Positions 26,348 through 36,340 of a stretch of 64,000 nt of DNA are shown here, in pieces (positions within the stretch are counted from its first letter, which is position 1; each line of letters begins with the position of its first letter). The DNA is from an uncultured Terrimonas sp. (GTDB lineage Bacteria > Bacteroidota > Bacteroidia > Chitinophagales > Chitinophagaceae): assembly GCA_964461595.1 (NCBI GenBank), contig CAYWVB010000023.1:3340-67339 (forward strand), read 5' to 3'. The notes under the pieces are model-generated. The model saw only the letters and a program-made list of their open reading frames with translations, had not been told where the DNA came from and did not search any database. Position numbers and translations under genes: made by a program.

Positions 26348-28702
26348 ATGAATAAAAACCGGGAATCTTTACATCGGGCGCTTTTATTGCTGGCATTGAG
26401 CGTAGTTGTTTTTTGCAAACCATCTGCCGCGCAAAAAGATTTTACACAATATGTAGATCCGGCTATTGGCACAGCCCATTGCCGGTGGTTTCATTATACA
26501 CCCGGAGCGCTTCCGTTTGGCATGGCCAAGCCTGCCCCATCCACTAATGGCAGCTATGGCAATGCCAGCGGTTGGGAAGCTACAGGCTACGATTACAGGC
26601 ATACTTCTATTGAAGGATTCCCCAATTTTCACGAGTTCCAGATCGGGGGGATTGTATTTGCCCCCATTACAGGTGCCTTGCAAACCACCCCCGGAAAATT
26701 GGAATCGCCGGAAAGCGGCTACCGGTCGCGCTTCGACCGTAAAAACGAGATCAGCACAGCCGGCTATTATTCCGTTTTGCTGAGCGACTATAATATCCGC
26801 GCTGAACTGACCGCCACAAAAAGGGTGGCTTTTCACCGATACACTTTCCCCGCCACAAAACAGGCGCATATTTTATTCGATATTGGTAACCAGCAGGGCG
26901 AAAGCGGGCCGGTACAGGATGCCAAAGTATATCTGTTGCCCGATGGCAGGGTGGAAGGCTGGGTAACCACCTTGCCGGCGTATGTTCAAAAATACCAGCC
27001 CGGTGCCACCGTTACTATGTATTTTTCAGCGGTTGTCAGTAAAAAATATACCGCCTGCGGCGCTTTCAATGGTAATGCTATCCGGGAAGGCGCAAAAGAA
27101 GCCAGCGGCAAAGGCGCCGGTTTGTATCTCAGCTTTATAACGGAGGATAAGGGATCTATTACTGTTAAAGCAGGACTGTCTTACACCTCTGTTGGAAACG
27201 CCAGGAAAAATTTAGAAGAAGAATCTTCGGGGCTGACCTTCGATCAGGCAAGGGTGCAGTCTAAAAAAATATGGAACGAATACCTGGGAAGAATAGAAGT
27301 GGAAGGAAAAAACAAAGCTGATAAGGTGAAGTTTTATACCGGGCTTTATCATGCCCTGCTGGGCAGAGGGCTTGCCAGTGATGTAAACGGCGCTTATCCC
27401 AAAAATGACGGCACCACAGGGCAAATTCCGCTGAGCAAAAACGGGAAGCCGTTGCACGCGCATTATAATACCGATGCGGCCTGGGGCATTTACTGGAACC
27501 TGGCGCAGCTTTGGGCGCTGGCTTATCCCGAATATTACTCAGACTTTATCAAAAGCCAGTTGCTGGTATATAAGGACGCCGGCTGGCTGGGTGACGGAAT
27601 AGCCGCCAGCCGTTATGTTTCGGGAGTGGGTACCAATTTTGTAGGACTTGTTTTTGCCGGCGCTTATGAGGCGGGCATCCGGGATTTTGACGTGAACCTG
27701 GCTTATGAGGCTGCATTGAAGAACGAGCTGGAATGGAAAGACCGCCCGTTTGGTGCAGGAAAAATGGATGTGGACAGGTTCCGCAAATATGGATATGTAA
27801 ACCATTTGGATAGCGGCAAAGGCGGCAGCGAGCTATGGCAGTTTTCTGTTTCGCATACCCTGGAATATTCATTCAGCACCTATGCCATAGCACAATGGGC
27901 GCAACAGCTCGGCAAAAAAAAGGATTATGAAGAACTGCTCCCTCTGTCGAAGGCATGGGAAAAAGTATATGACCCGGCGTTAAAACTTGTAAGACCCCGG
28001 CTGGCCAATGGTGAGTTTGTGGATCCTTTTGATCCTTCCCAGCCCTGGCGGGGATTCCAGGAGGGCAATGCCTGGCAATACACGTATTTTGTTCCGCACG
28101 ATATTGAAGCATTAGTGAAAAAAATGGGAAAGCAAACCTTTAACCAGCGCCTCGACAGCATCTTCACCATTGCTGAAAAAGCCTTGTTTGGCGGCGGCTC
28201 CAATATTGATGCCTTTGCCGGAATAGCCGGCGTTTATAACCACGGCAACCAGCCCAACCTGCATGTTTCCTGGCTGTTTAATTTTTCCGGCAAATCATCG
28301 CTTACCCAAAAATGGGTGCGGGCTATTTGTAACCAGTTTTATGGTACCGAAGGCATACACGGCTATGGTTATGGCCAGGATGAAGACCAGGGACAGCTTG
28401 GAGCCTGGTATGTACTGTCGTCCATCGGTTTGTTTGATATAAAAGGATTGACCAGCACAGATCCGCAGATGGGCATCGGCAGCCCCTTATTCGATAAAAT
28501 AAAAATCAGGCTCAATCAAAAATATTATACCGGGAAAGCGTTCACCATTGAAACCAAAAATAACAATGATGAAAATATATATGTGCAGTCAATGTTTTTG
28601 AATGGGCAGCCGTTGCATTCACCTTTTATTGCCTGGAAGCAGGTTACAAAAGGAGGAAAGCTCAGTTTGCAAATGGGCCGCACACCTAAAGATATTTATT
28701 AG
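26348..28702 (+). CDS. GH92 alpha-mannosidase
   Basis: 784 aa with a signal peptide. GH92 landmarks are QYVDPAIGTAHCRW, GNQPNLHVSWLFNF and QDEDQGQLGAWYVLSSIGLF. Confidence 0.92.
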   Translation: MNKNRESLHRALLLLALSVVVFCKPSAAQKDFTQYVDPAIGTAHCRWFHYTPGALPFGMAKPAPSTNGSYGNASGWEATGYDYRHTSIEGFPNFHEFQIGGIVFAPITGALQTTPGKLESPESGYRSRFDRKNEISTAGYYSVLLSDYNIRAELTATKRVAFHRYTFPATKQAHILFDIGNQQGESGPVQDAKVYLLPDGRVEGWVTTLPAYVQKYQPGATVTMYFSAVVSKKYTACGAFNGNAIREGAKEASGKGAGLYLSFITEDKGSITVKAGLSYTSVGNARKNLEEESSGLTFDQARVQSKKIWNEYLGRIEVEGKNKADKVKFYTGLYHALLGRGLASDVNGAYPKNDGTTGQIPLSKNGKPLHAHYNTDAAWGIYWNLAQLWALAYPEYYSDFIKSQLLVYKDAGWLGDGIAASRYVSGVGTNFVGLVFAGAYEAGIRDFDVNLAYEAALKNELEWKDRPFGAGKMDVDRFRKYGYVNHLDSGKGGSELWQFSVSHTLEYSFSTYAIAQWAQQLGKKKDYEELLPLSKAWEKVYDPALKLVRPRLANGEFVDPFDPSQPWRGFQEGNAWQYTYFVPHDIEALVKKMGKQTFNQRLDSIFTIAEKALFGGGSNIDAFAGIAGVYNHGNQPNLHVSWLFNFSGKSSLTQKWVRAICNQFYGTEGIHGYGYGQDEDQGQLGAWYVLSSIGLFDIKGLTSTDPQMGIGSPLFDKIKIRLNQKYYTGKAFTIETKNNNDENIYVQSMFLNGQPLHSPFIAWKQVTKGGKLSLQMGRTPKDIY

Positions 28703-28760
28703 GCACCTGTGCACATTGCTATAAAATGTTTAAGAAATCATTCATTCAAACGGTACAAAG

Positions 28761-31532
28761 ATGTTTAAAAAATTGCTCTTCATTTTGTTGTTGCATTGCT
28801 GTTGTTTTTGCATATATGCCGGCCCCGGCAGCATTGCCAATAAGGCAACGGTGACCGCTTCTTCTGAAAATACGGAAAAAGGAAAAGCCGCCAACGTGGT
28901 GGATGGCATTATCCGCATAGATGGTAAAGGAGAATGGGTATCAAAAAGTACGGTTACTTTTTGGGGGCAGATTGACTATCCCTGGATACAATTGGATTGG
29001 CAGCAGCCGCAGTCCATCAACAAAATTATTGTGTACGACCGCGTTTCAGATGCTTCGCACAATGCAGGCGGTATCTTGATCTTCAGCAATGGCGCCCGCA
29101 TTCCCGTGCTGCAGATACCCAACAACGGTGCGGCTAAAGTGATCAGCTTCCCTGAACAAACCGTCAGTTGGGTACGCTTTGAAACCACCGATGCCAATGG
29201 CCCTGCGATAGGATTATCGGAAATAGAAGTATATCCCTCTCCTGCGCAGATCACTGATCCTGTTTCCTGGGTGGATCCTTATATTGAAACCACACGCGGC
29301 CGCTATTTTTACTTCGCCACAGGCAGCCAGCCCTTTGGTATGATCAGCGCGGCGCCGCTTACCCGCAACAAAAACCAGTACGGCGGCGGCTACAATTACA
29401 ATTCAACCGAAATACTTGGTTTTCCCCAGATACATTGCTGGATGATGTCGGGCATATCCCTGATGCCCGTAACCGGGAATATAGCCCTGCATAAAGGCGA
29501 GCAGGAATGGAAATCAGGATTTTCGCACGATGGCGAAATTGTGCAGCCGGGATATCACCGGCTTTACTTAGACAAGTATGATACCTGGGTAGAGCAAACT
29601 GCCGCCGACCGCATCAGCTTCTACCGCTTTACTTATACCAAAGATGCGCTGGCTAATGTATTGGTAAGCCTGGGCGGTTACCTGGGCGAGGCTACGATGA
29701 ATGATGCACGGGTAGAAAAATTGAGCAATACACGCATCGCAGGTTCTGTAAATACAACGGGACGGCTTTGGGGCGGGCCTGAAAATGTCCGCATCTACTT
29801 TGTGATTGATTTTGAAAAACCATTTGAACAATTAAATGGGTGGAGCGATAAGGAAGAGATGTTCAACATCACTGCATTAACCGGCAGCGCCGGAAAAACA
29901 GCAAGGAACAGCGGTTCAATGAGCTATTACGATGCTCCTGCAGCAGGCGTGGCCGCGCAATACCAGGTGAAGGCGGGCGATAAAATACAAATGAAAGTAG
30001 CGGTTTCTTATACCAGCATTGATAATGCAAAGCGGAATCTTGAATCGGAAAACAGCAGCTGGAATTTTGATGAGCATCGAACAGCTTCGCAAAACGAATG
30101 GAACGAAATGCTGGGGCGCATTGCTGTAAAAGGCGGAAGCGGCAATCAAAAAATAAAATTCTATACCGATCTCTGGCATGTACTGCTGGGGCGGCATAAG
30201 CTGGATGATGTGTCCGGCGACTATCCCGATAATACCGAAGGCGAGCGGCGCGGAAGTTTTACTATTAACACAAAATTCAAAGTAAGAACATTACCCAAAG
30301 ACCAAAATGGCAAAGCAAAATTTCACATGTACAATTCGGATGCATTTTGGCTGACACAATGGAACCTGAACATCCTGTGGGGCCTGGCCTGGCCCGAAGT
30401 GCTGGATGATTTTGCCGCCTCCTTAATTCAGTACGCCGAAAATGGAAAGCTGCTTCCGAGAGGTCCCTGCGGCGGCGGGTATTCTTATATCATGACAGGA
30501 TGCCCTGCTACCAACCTCATTACCTGCGCCTATCAGAAGGGGTTGCTTACTAAAAAACCGGCAGCCATAGCTTACGAAATGATGAAGCAAAACCATGCGC
30601 CGGGCGGCATGATGGGTGGAAAAGAAGAAATGGAATTTTACATTAAAAACGGATATTATCCTTCTAATGCAGGCATCAGTCTGGAGATTGCTTTCCAGGA
30701 TTGGGCGCTGGCGCAAATGGCGCAAAAATTAGGGAAGAAAAAAGATTACGAATACTTCCTGCATCGCTCGCAGGGATGGACAAAGCTATACAACCCGGAG
30801 CAAAAGCTGATTTTCCCCAAAGACAAAGAAGGGAACTGGCTGCATCGTGATGCCCTCAGCGGACATGGATGGGTGGAAGCCAATGCCTGGCAGGCTACCT
30901 GGTCGGTATCGCAGGGCATACCGCAATTGGCAAAGATGATGGGAGGCAATGACACGCTTTGCAAAATGCTCAACTTTGCATTTGAGCAGGCCAAAGACCA
31001 GGATTTTGTTTTTGGCTATGGTGCAGGATATGTTAGCTATGCCAACCAGCCCGGCTGCTCCAATGCGCATGTATTCAATTATGCCGGCCGCCCCGATCTG
31101 ACCCAGTATTGGGTGCGCAGGGTAAACGAGCAGGCTTATGGCGCCGTTACGCCCGACAAAGGTTATGGCGGGCACGATGAAGACCAGGGACAAATGGGCG
31201 GTGTAAGCGCACTAACCTCTATCGGGTTATTTAGTTTAACCGGCACCTGTTCTATCAACCCGGAGTATGATATTACCAGCCCGGTGTTTGATGAAGTAGT
31301 GATAAAACTCAATAACAACTATTATACTGGAAAAGAATTTGTGATTAAAACTTACAATAACTCCAAAGCAAATTGTTACATACAAAAAGCTGCGTTAAAC
31401 GGAGCGGCATATAATAAATTCAGTTTTTCGCATAGCGATTTTGCTAAAGGCGGTGTGCTTGAATTATGGATGGGGGCAGCGCCGGATTATTCCTGGGGCA
31501 AGGCATCCCCAACCGCTGGGGAGAAACAGTAA
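28761..31532 (+). CDS. GH92 alpha-mannosidase with N-terminal discoidin (F5/8 type C, CBM32-like) domain
   Basis: 923 aa. The N-terminal ~150 aa read ATVTASSENTEKGKAANVVDG...PWIQLDWQQPQSINKIIVYDR...IGLSEIEVY. The GH92 blocks WVDPYIETTRGRYF, ANQPGCSNAHVFNY and HDEDQGQMGGVSALTSIGLF follow. Confidence 0.9.
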   Translation: MFKKLLFILLLHCCCFCIYAGPGSIANKATVTASSENTEKGKAANVVDGIIRIDGKGEWVSKSTVTFWGQIDYPWIQLDWQQPQSINKIIVYDRVSDASHNAGGILIFSNGARIPVLQIPNNGAAKVISFPEQTVSWVRFETTDANGPAIGLSEIEVYPSPAQITDPVSWVDPYIETTRGRYFYFATGSQPFGMISAAPLTRNKNQYGGGYNYNSTEILGFPQIHCWMMSGISLMPVTGNIALHKGEQEWKSGFSHDGEIVQPGYHRLYLDKYDTWVEQTAADRISFYRFTYTKDALANVLVSLGGYLGEATMNDARVEKLSNTRIAGSVNTTGRLWGGPENVRIYFVIDFEKPFEQLNGWSDKEEMFNITALTGSAGKTARNSGSMSYYDAPAAGVAAQYQVKAGDKIQMKVAVSYTSIDNAKRNLESENSSWNFDEHRTASQNEWNEMLGRIAVKGGSGNQKIKFYTDLWHVLLGRHKLDDVSGDYPDNTEGERRGSFTINTKFKVRTLPKDQNGKAKFHMYNSDAFWLTQWNLNILWGLAWPEVLDDFAASLIQYAENGKLLPRGPCGGGYSYIMTGCPATNLITCAYQKGLLTKKPAAIAYEMMKQNHAPGGMMGGKEEMEFYIKNGYYPSNAGISLEIAFQDWALAQMAQKLGKKKDYEYFLHRSQGWTKLYNPEQKLIFPKDKEGNWLHRDALSGHGWVEANAWQATWSVSQGIPQLAKMMGGNDTLCKMLNFAFEQAKDQDFVFGYGAGYVSYANQPGCSNAHVFNYAGRPDLTQYWVRRVNEQAYGAVTPDKGYGGHDEDQGQMGGVSALTSIGLFSLTGTCSINPEYDITSPVFDEVVIKLNNNYYTGKEFVIKTYNNSKANCYIQKAALNGAAYNKFSFSHSDFAKGGVLELWMGAAPDYSWGKASPTAGEKQ

Positions 31533-31585
31533 TACCTAAAAGTTTTAAATGATCAGCTATAAATTATTTACTAATACTTATAAAA

Positions 31586-32875
31586 ATGAAAAGGTACTAT
31601 TCACTGTTGCTATTGCTGTTTCCTGCCTTTATAGCTGCCGCACAGGTAAAAATAACGGACAATAAAATACTTGGTGAAAAAATAAAGAACGATCCATATT
31701 TCCCCTTTGTAAAAGAGAAAGCGCTGGAAGTAATGAAAACAGGCTTTAATGCCGGCGACGGTTACCGCGAAGTGTGGATACGGGATTACAACACTTTTAT
31801 AGAACTGGCTGCACAGGTATATCCAAAAGAAGTATTGAAAGAAAACCTGCTGGTGTTTTTTCGCCTGCAGGGCGATGACGGCAATATCATAGACGGGTTT
31901 ACACCCGCAGCAAAAGCTGGTGATGAAATAGGTTATAACTATTCTCATTCCAAACTGGAACCCCGTTATGCAGGGCATAAAAACACGGTGGAAACCGACC
32001 AGGAGACATCACTGGTGCAGGCCGTGTACAAATACATTCAACTGACAGGCGATAAAATAATTTTAGCTGAAAAGATTGGTGACAAAACCGTGAGCGAAAG
32101 ATTGGAATGGGCCATGGATTTTTTGATGAAGCACCGGTTTAACCAAAAATACGGCCTGATCACCGGCGCCACTACAGCCGATTGGGGAGATGTGCAGCCG
32201 GAGCATAGCTGGGGAGTAGCGCTTGACAGCAATACGCACTGGGCCATTGATGTGTATGACAATGCCATGTTTGTTGTTGCGCTGAATAATCTAATGGAAA
32301 TAATTCCTTCCGCAAAGCGGAAGTGGGGCAACGTAAAAGACAGCATAACTAAAAATGTGAGGATGCATCTCTGGGATAAGAAGCAACAAAAATTCATTCC
32401 GCATATCTACCTGAACGGATCGCCGTTTCCCGCCGATTTTGATGAAAACAACATTTATTATTTTGGTGGAACAGCCGTTGCAATTGAAGCCGGCCTGCTC
32501 AGCAAAAAAGAAATTAAGGTTTCCCTTGATGAAATGATCAAGCGGGTGAAGCTCGCCGGTGCCGCTTCTATCGGGCTTACCTTATACCCTGCTTATCCCG
32601 AAGGCTATTTTGAAAACAAAGGCATGGGCCCTTATTCTTACCAGAACGGTGGCGACTGGACATGGTTTGGAGCAAGAATGATCCAACAGCTGATCAGATA
32701 CGGATTTGCAGCCGAGGCGTATGAACAAATACAGCCCATGGTGAAGCGCGTAAAAGATAACAACGGCTTTTATGAATGGTACTCTGTAGACAACAAGCCG
32801 CGTGGCTCGGGCACTTTCAGAGGGGAAGCAGGTGTTTTATATACCGCTATTGTGATGCTGGAAAATCTGAAGTAG
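31586..32875 (+). CDS. Secreted six-hairpin (alpha/alpha)6-barrel glycosidase-like protein, family unassigned (GDE_C/GH100/GH63-like motifs)
   Basis: 429 aa with a signal peptide. Its blocks are EVWIRDYNTF, NTVETDQETSLVQAVYKYIQLTGD, GATTADWGDVQ, WAIDVYDNAMFVVALNNL and YQNGGDWTWFGARMIQQL. These follow the pattern of six-hairpin glycosidases. It lacks the GH125 and GH76 signature motifs that I remember. Confidence 0.55.
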   Translation: MKRYYSLLLLLFPAFIAAAQVKITDNKILGEKIKNDPYFPFVKEKALEVMKTGFNAGDGYREVWIRDYNTFIELAAQVYPKEVLKENLLVFFRLQGDDGNIIDGFTPAAKAGDEIGYNYSHSKLEPRYAGHKNTVETDQETSLVQAVYKYIQLTGDKIILAEKIGDKTVSERLEWAMDFLMKHRFNQKYGLITGATTADWGDVQPEHSWGVALDSNTHWAIDVYDNAMFVVALNNLMEIIPSAKRKWGNVKDSITKNVRMHLWDKKQQKFIPHIYLNGSPFPADFDENNIYYFGGTAVAIEAGLLSKKEIKVSLDEMIKRVKLAGAASIGLTLYPAYPEGYFENKGMGPYSYQNGGDWTWFGARMIQQLIRYGFAAEAYEQIQPMVKRVKDNNGFYEWYSVDNKPRGSGTFRGEAGVLYTAIVMLENLK

Positions 32876-32935
32876 AAAAGTTTGCACCAGTGTAAAAACA
32901 CCAGATAAAAGTTGAATCCACTCTAATTTTGATGT

Positions 32936-35900
32936 ATGAAACCAATGAACTGTTTTTTGATTGTATGGTTATGTATACTTTCCATTAACGGCATGTCCCA
33001 AAATACGGTTTGGGAGATAGGAACGGCAGACCATTCACCCCATGAATTTGCCCTGGCGCCCGATAAGTTCAGGAGCTTCATAGCAAATGATTTTGGCTAC
33101 GAAGACAAGTATTTTTTAATTGGTTATTCAAAAGAAAACAAGGATTTTCCTTATGTGCTTCCCGGGCCCGTGGATACCTGGGGCGGCACCTGGCCAACTT
33201 CCGGGTGGAGAACCAGCCAGGTGAATATCTGGTTTGGGGTACAAAATGTGCCGGCCAAAGGCAACTATACATTGGTGATCAGGCTGGCGGATTATGCCAA
33301 GAAATTCCTGCCGTTGATCAAAGTGATGGTCAACGGGCAGGAAGAAATGATCCAATTGGATGCGCCCGGCTATGCTATTTCAAAACAGCCCTACCCGGGT
33401 CAGATGCAGCCGTTTGTTGACACGGCATCTATCACGGGAAACCTGTCAGAAGCAACGCCCCGGTCTATTGTCATTCCTATCCGCAGCAATACCATTAAAA
33501 AAGGAGGCAACAGGATATTGATAACCGTATTGCAGGGCTCCTGGATATTATTTGACCAGGTACAACTCACCGGTCCCAAAAACACATTGGTAAAACCGGC
33601 TGATGTTTTTCTTCGCAGCGTTGAACCGGCAAATTACAGCTTACAAAAAGACGGGAAAGAAGTACAGCCGCTGTTGGTGAACGTAGCGCATTTATCAGGG
33701 AATCCAAGGTTGAGCGTTGAAGTAGACGGGAACAATATATTTGATCAAATGGTTGAAGAAGGGCATTATATATTTGAAGCCCCTATGCCTTCAGTTACCG
33801 TACCGAAGAAAAGTCGTTACAAAATTTCTGCAGACGGTAAAGTTATTGAAGAAGGTACGGTTAATCGTTCTGCGCAAAAGCTGCAAACGCCGGCCGATTA
33901 TGTTGATACCCGTATCGGCACGGCGCACTCCCGGTGGATGATCGCCCCCGGCCCCTGGATGCCGTTCAGCATGGTCAAGATCAGCCCCGATAATCAAAAC
34001 CCCGGCTGGCAGGCGGGCTACGAGCCTGCATATGAAAGCATCGGCGTCTTCAGTCATATTCATGAATGGACATTAGGCGGGCTGGGCATTTTTCCCACGA
34101 ACGGGAAATTAAAAACGATCATCGGCGATGAATTAAAACCCGGTTCAGGTTATCGGTCTGCTATTGAAAAACATTCCGAGGAAGCGCCCATCGGCTATTA
34201 CAAAGTGCTGCTTAAAGATTACGGCATCAGGGCAGAGCTTACGGCAACTACCCGTTGCGCCTTTCAGCGTTATACCTTTCCCCGAAACAGGGATAGCTCC
34301 CGTGTGCTGCTGGATATGAAAGTGCCTGCTGAAAATGCCTATCAGCTGAAAAAAGTTGTTATACGGAAGGTAGGCACAAAAAGGATAGAAGGCTTCTCGC
34401 ATCAATATGCCGGGGGAATATGGAGCCACGATGCCGACCAGGATTATACCGTTCACTTTGTGGTGGAGTTTGACCAGCCCATAAAAAGAATGGGAAGCTG
34501 GATCAATAATACATTGAGCTATGCCGATACTATTGATGCAACGGATCCCGAAAAGGCAGGGATCTTTCTGGAATTTGATACCAAAGCAAATCCCGTTGTT
34601 CAAATACGTTCGGGAATTTCTTTGGTAAGCATTGCCAATGCCAGTGAGAACCTGAAAACAGAAATAACCGATCCGTTTAACTGGAGTTTTGATGCGGTTA
34701 GAAATAATCAGAAAAATGTTTGGAACGATATCTTCAATCGTGTCAGGATCACTTCAACAAACCAACTGGAAAAGGTTCGTTTTTACAATGCCATGTACCG
34801 GTCGGTTTGCAGCCGGAATATATGGAGCGATGTAAACGGTGAATGGCGGGGAACGGATGGCGCTGTTCAAAAAATAAAAGAGAAAGATGGCGTTGCGTTA
34901 GGTTGCGATGCATTTTGGAATACCTTCTGGAACCTGAACCAGTTCTGGAACCTGGTAACGCCCGAATGGAGCAGCCGGTGGGTGCGGTCGCAACTGGCTA
35001 TGTACGATGCATATGGCTGGCTGGCCAAGGGACCGGCGGGGATGAACTATGTGCCGGTGATGGTTGCCGAGCATGAGATACCGTTGATGGTAAGCGCTTA
35101 CCAGATGGGCATACGTGATTTTGATGTAAAAAAAGTATTGAGCGCCGCGGTTAAAATGCAAACAACGCCTGCCCAAAAAGTATTCAACGGTTTTGCGGGC
35201 AACAGGGACCTGACGGCATACCTGAAGCATCATTATGTGCCTTCGGATGCAGGGCGCTTTTCCAACACGATGGAATATTCTTATGATGACTGGTGTGTAG
35301 GTCAATTAGCAAAATCAATAGGTGATTCGGCAGCTTACCGCACCTTCAACGAAAGAGGGTATTGGTGGAAGAACGCAATTGATCAGAACGGGTATTGCCA
35401 CATGAAATTAAGCAACGGGGAATGGTCGCCGGATTTTGATCCGTTCCGCAGCGGCGCTAATGAACAGTATGTGGAAGGCAATGCATGGCAGCTCAGCTTT
35501 TTTGTGCCCCAGGATGTACCGGCGTTAAGCAGGATGATCGGCAAAGAAGAATTTGTAAAAAGGCTGGACTGGGGGTTCCGGCAAAGCGAGCCCTGGCGCT
35601 ATAATGGAATGAACGACCAGTATTGGGATTACCCGGTGATGCAGGGTAACCAGCAGTCAATGCATTTTGCATTTTTGTTCAACTGGGCGGGGAAGCCTTC
35701 ATTAACACAAAAATGGAGCCGTTCTGTCCTGGAACGGTATTATGGCAGCGGCGCCGCCAATGCTTACCTCGGCGATGAAGACCAGGGGCAGATGAGCGCC
35801 TGGTTTGTGATGGCTGCCATTGGCCTGTTTCAAACCGATGGCGGAAGCAGGGAGCATCCCATTTATGAAATAGGAAGCCCCCTGTACCCAAAGATTGAAA

Positions 35901-36106
35901 TTGACCTGGGAAAAAAATATGGACGCGGGGAAAAGTTCACAATAACAGCCCATAATTCCAGCAGGGCAAATAAGTATGTGCAAAAGGCAATGCTGAATGG
36001 CAAACCCTTAACCTCTTTCTTTTTCCCGGCCGGTGAGCTGCTTAAAGGAGGGTTACTGGAACTGGAAATGGGGCCTCAACCGAATGATCATTGGGGTGTA
36101 GAATAA
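32936..36106 (+). CDS. GH92 alpha-mannosidase with ~320 aa N-terminal accessory (CBM-like jelly-roll?) region
   Basis: 1056 aa. The GH92 core begins at PADYVDTRIGTAHSRW (about aa 320). Later blocks are GNQQSMHFAFLFNW and GDEDQGQMSAWFVMAAIGLF. The N-terminal region starts VWEIGTADHSPHEFAL. Confidence 0.9.
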   Translation: MKPMNCFLIVWLCILSINGMSQNTVWEIGTADHSPHEFALAPDKFRSFIANDFGYEDKYFLIGYSKENKDFPYVLPGPVDTWGGTWPTSGWRTSQVNIWFGVQNVPAKGNYTLVIRLADYAKKFLPLIKVMVNGQEEMIQLDAPGYAISKQPYPGQMQPFVDTASITGNLSEATPRSIVIPIRSNTIKKGGNRILITVLQGSWILFDQVQLTGPKNTLVKPADVFLRSVEPANYSLQKDGKEVQPLLVNVAHLSGNPRLSVEVDGNNIFDQMVEEGHYIFEAPMPSVTVPKKSRYKISADGKVIEEGTVNRSAQKLQTPADYVDTRIGTAHSRWMIAPGPWMPFSMVKISPDNQNPGWQAGYEPAYESIGVFSHIHEWTLGGLGIFPTNGKLKTIIGDELKPGSGYRSAIEKHSEEAPIGYYKVLLKDYGIRAELTATTRCAFQRYTFPRNRDSSRVLLDMKVPAENAYQLKKVVIRKVGTKRIEGFSHQYAGGIWSHDADQDYTVHFVVEFDQPIKRMGSWINNTLSYADTIDATDPEKAGIFLEFDTKANPVVQIRSGISLVSIANASENLKTEITDPFNWSFDAVRNNQKNVWNDIFNRVRITSTNQLEKVRFYNAMYRSVCSRNIWSDVNGEWRGTDGAVQKIKEKDGVALGCDAFWNTFWNLNQFWNLVTPEWSSRWVRSQLAMYDAYGWLAKGPAGMNYVPVMVAEHEIPLMVSAYQMGIRDFDVKKVLSAAVKMQTTPAQKVFNGFAGNRDLTAYLKHHYVPSDAGRFSNTMEYSYDDWCVGQLAKSIGDSAAYRTFNERGYWWKNAIDQNGYCHMKLSNGEWSPDFDPFRSGANEQYVEGNAWQLSFFVPQDVPALSRMIGKEEFVKRLDWGFRQSEPWRYNGMNDQYWDYPVMQGNQQSMHFAFLFNWAGKPSLTQKWSRSVLERYYGSGAANAYLGDEDQGQMSAWFVMAAIGLFQTDGGSREHPIYEIGSPLYPKIEIDLGKKYGRGEKFTITAHNSSRANKYVQKAMLNGKPLTSFFFPAGELLKGGLLELEMGPQPNDHWGVE

Positions 36107-36340
36107 CAGTTATATTAGCCTTGTAAGATCGCCTGAAAATTTTTAACCCTTAAAGATGAAATCGTTTTATGGTACACTATTTTTCCCACGGCGTTCAGGG
36201 GTGGAATATTAACAGAAAAAGACTAATTGCAGCTTCTGAAAAATAACTGAACTATGTTGGCAGAGAGGACGGGGCAAAAAAGCATTTATCAGGTTTCCTG
36301 CATTGTTGGATACCCTGCTATAATCCGTTTTATAGCCTGT

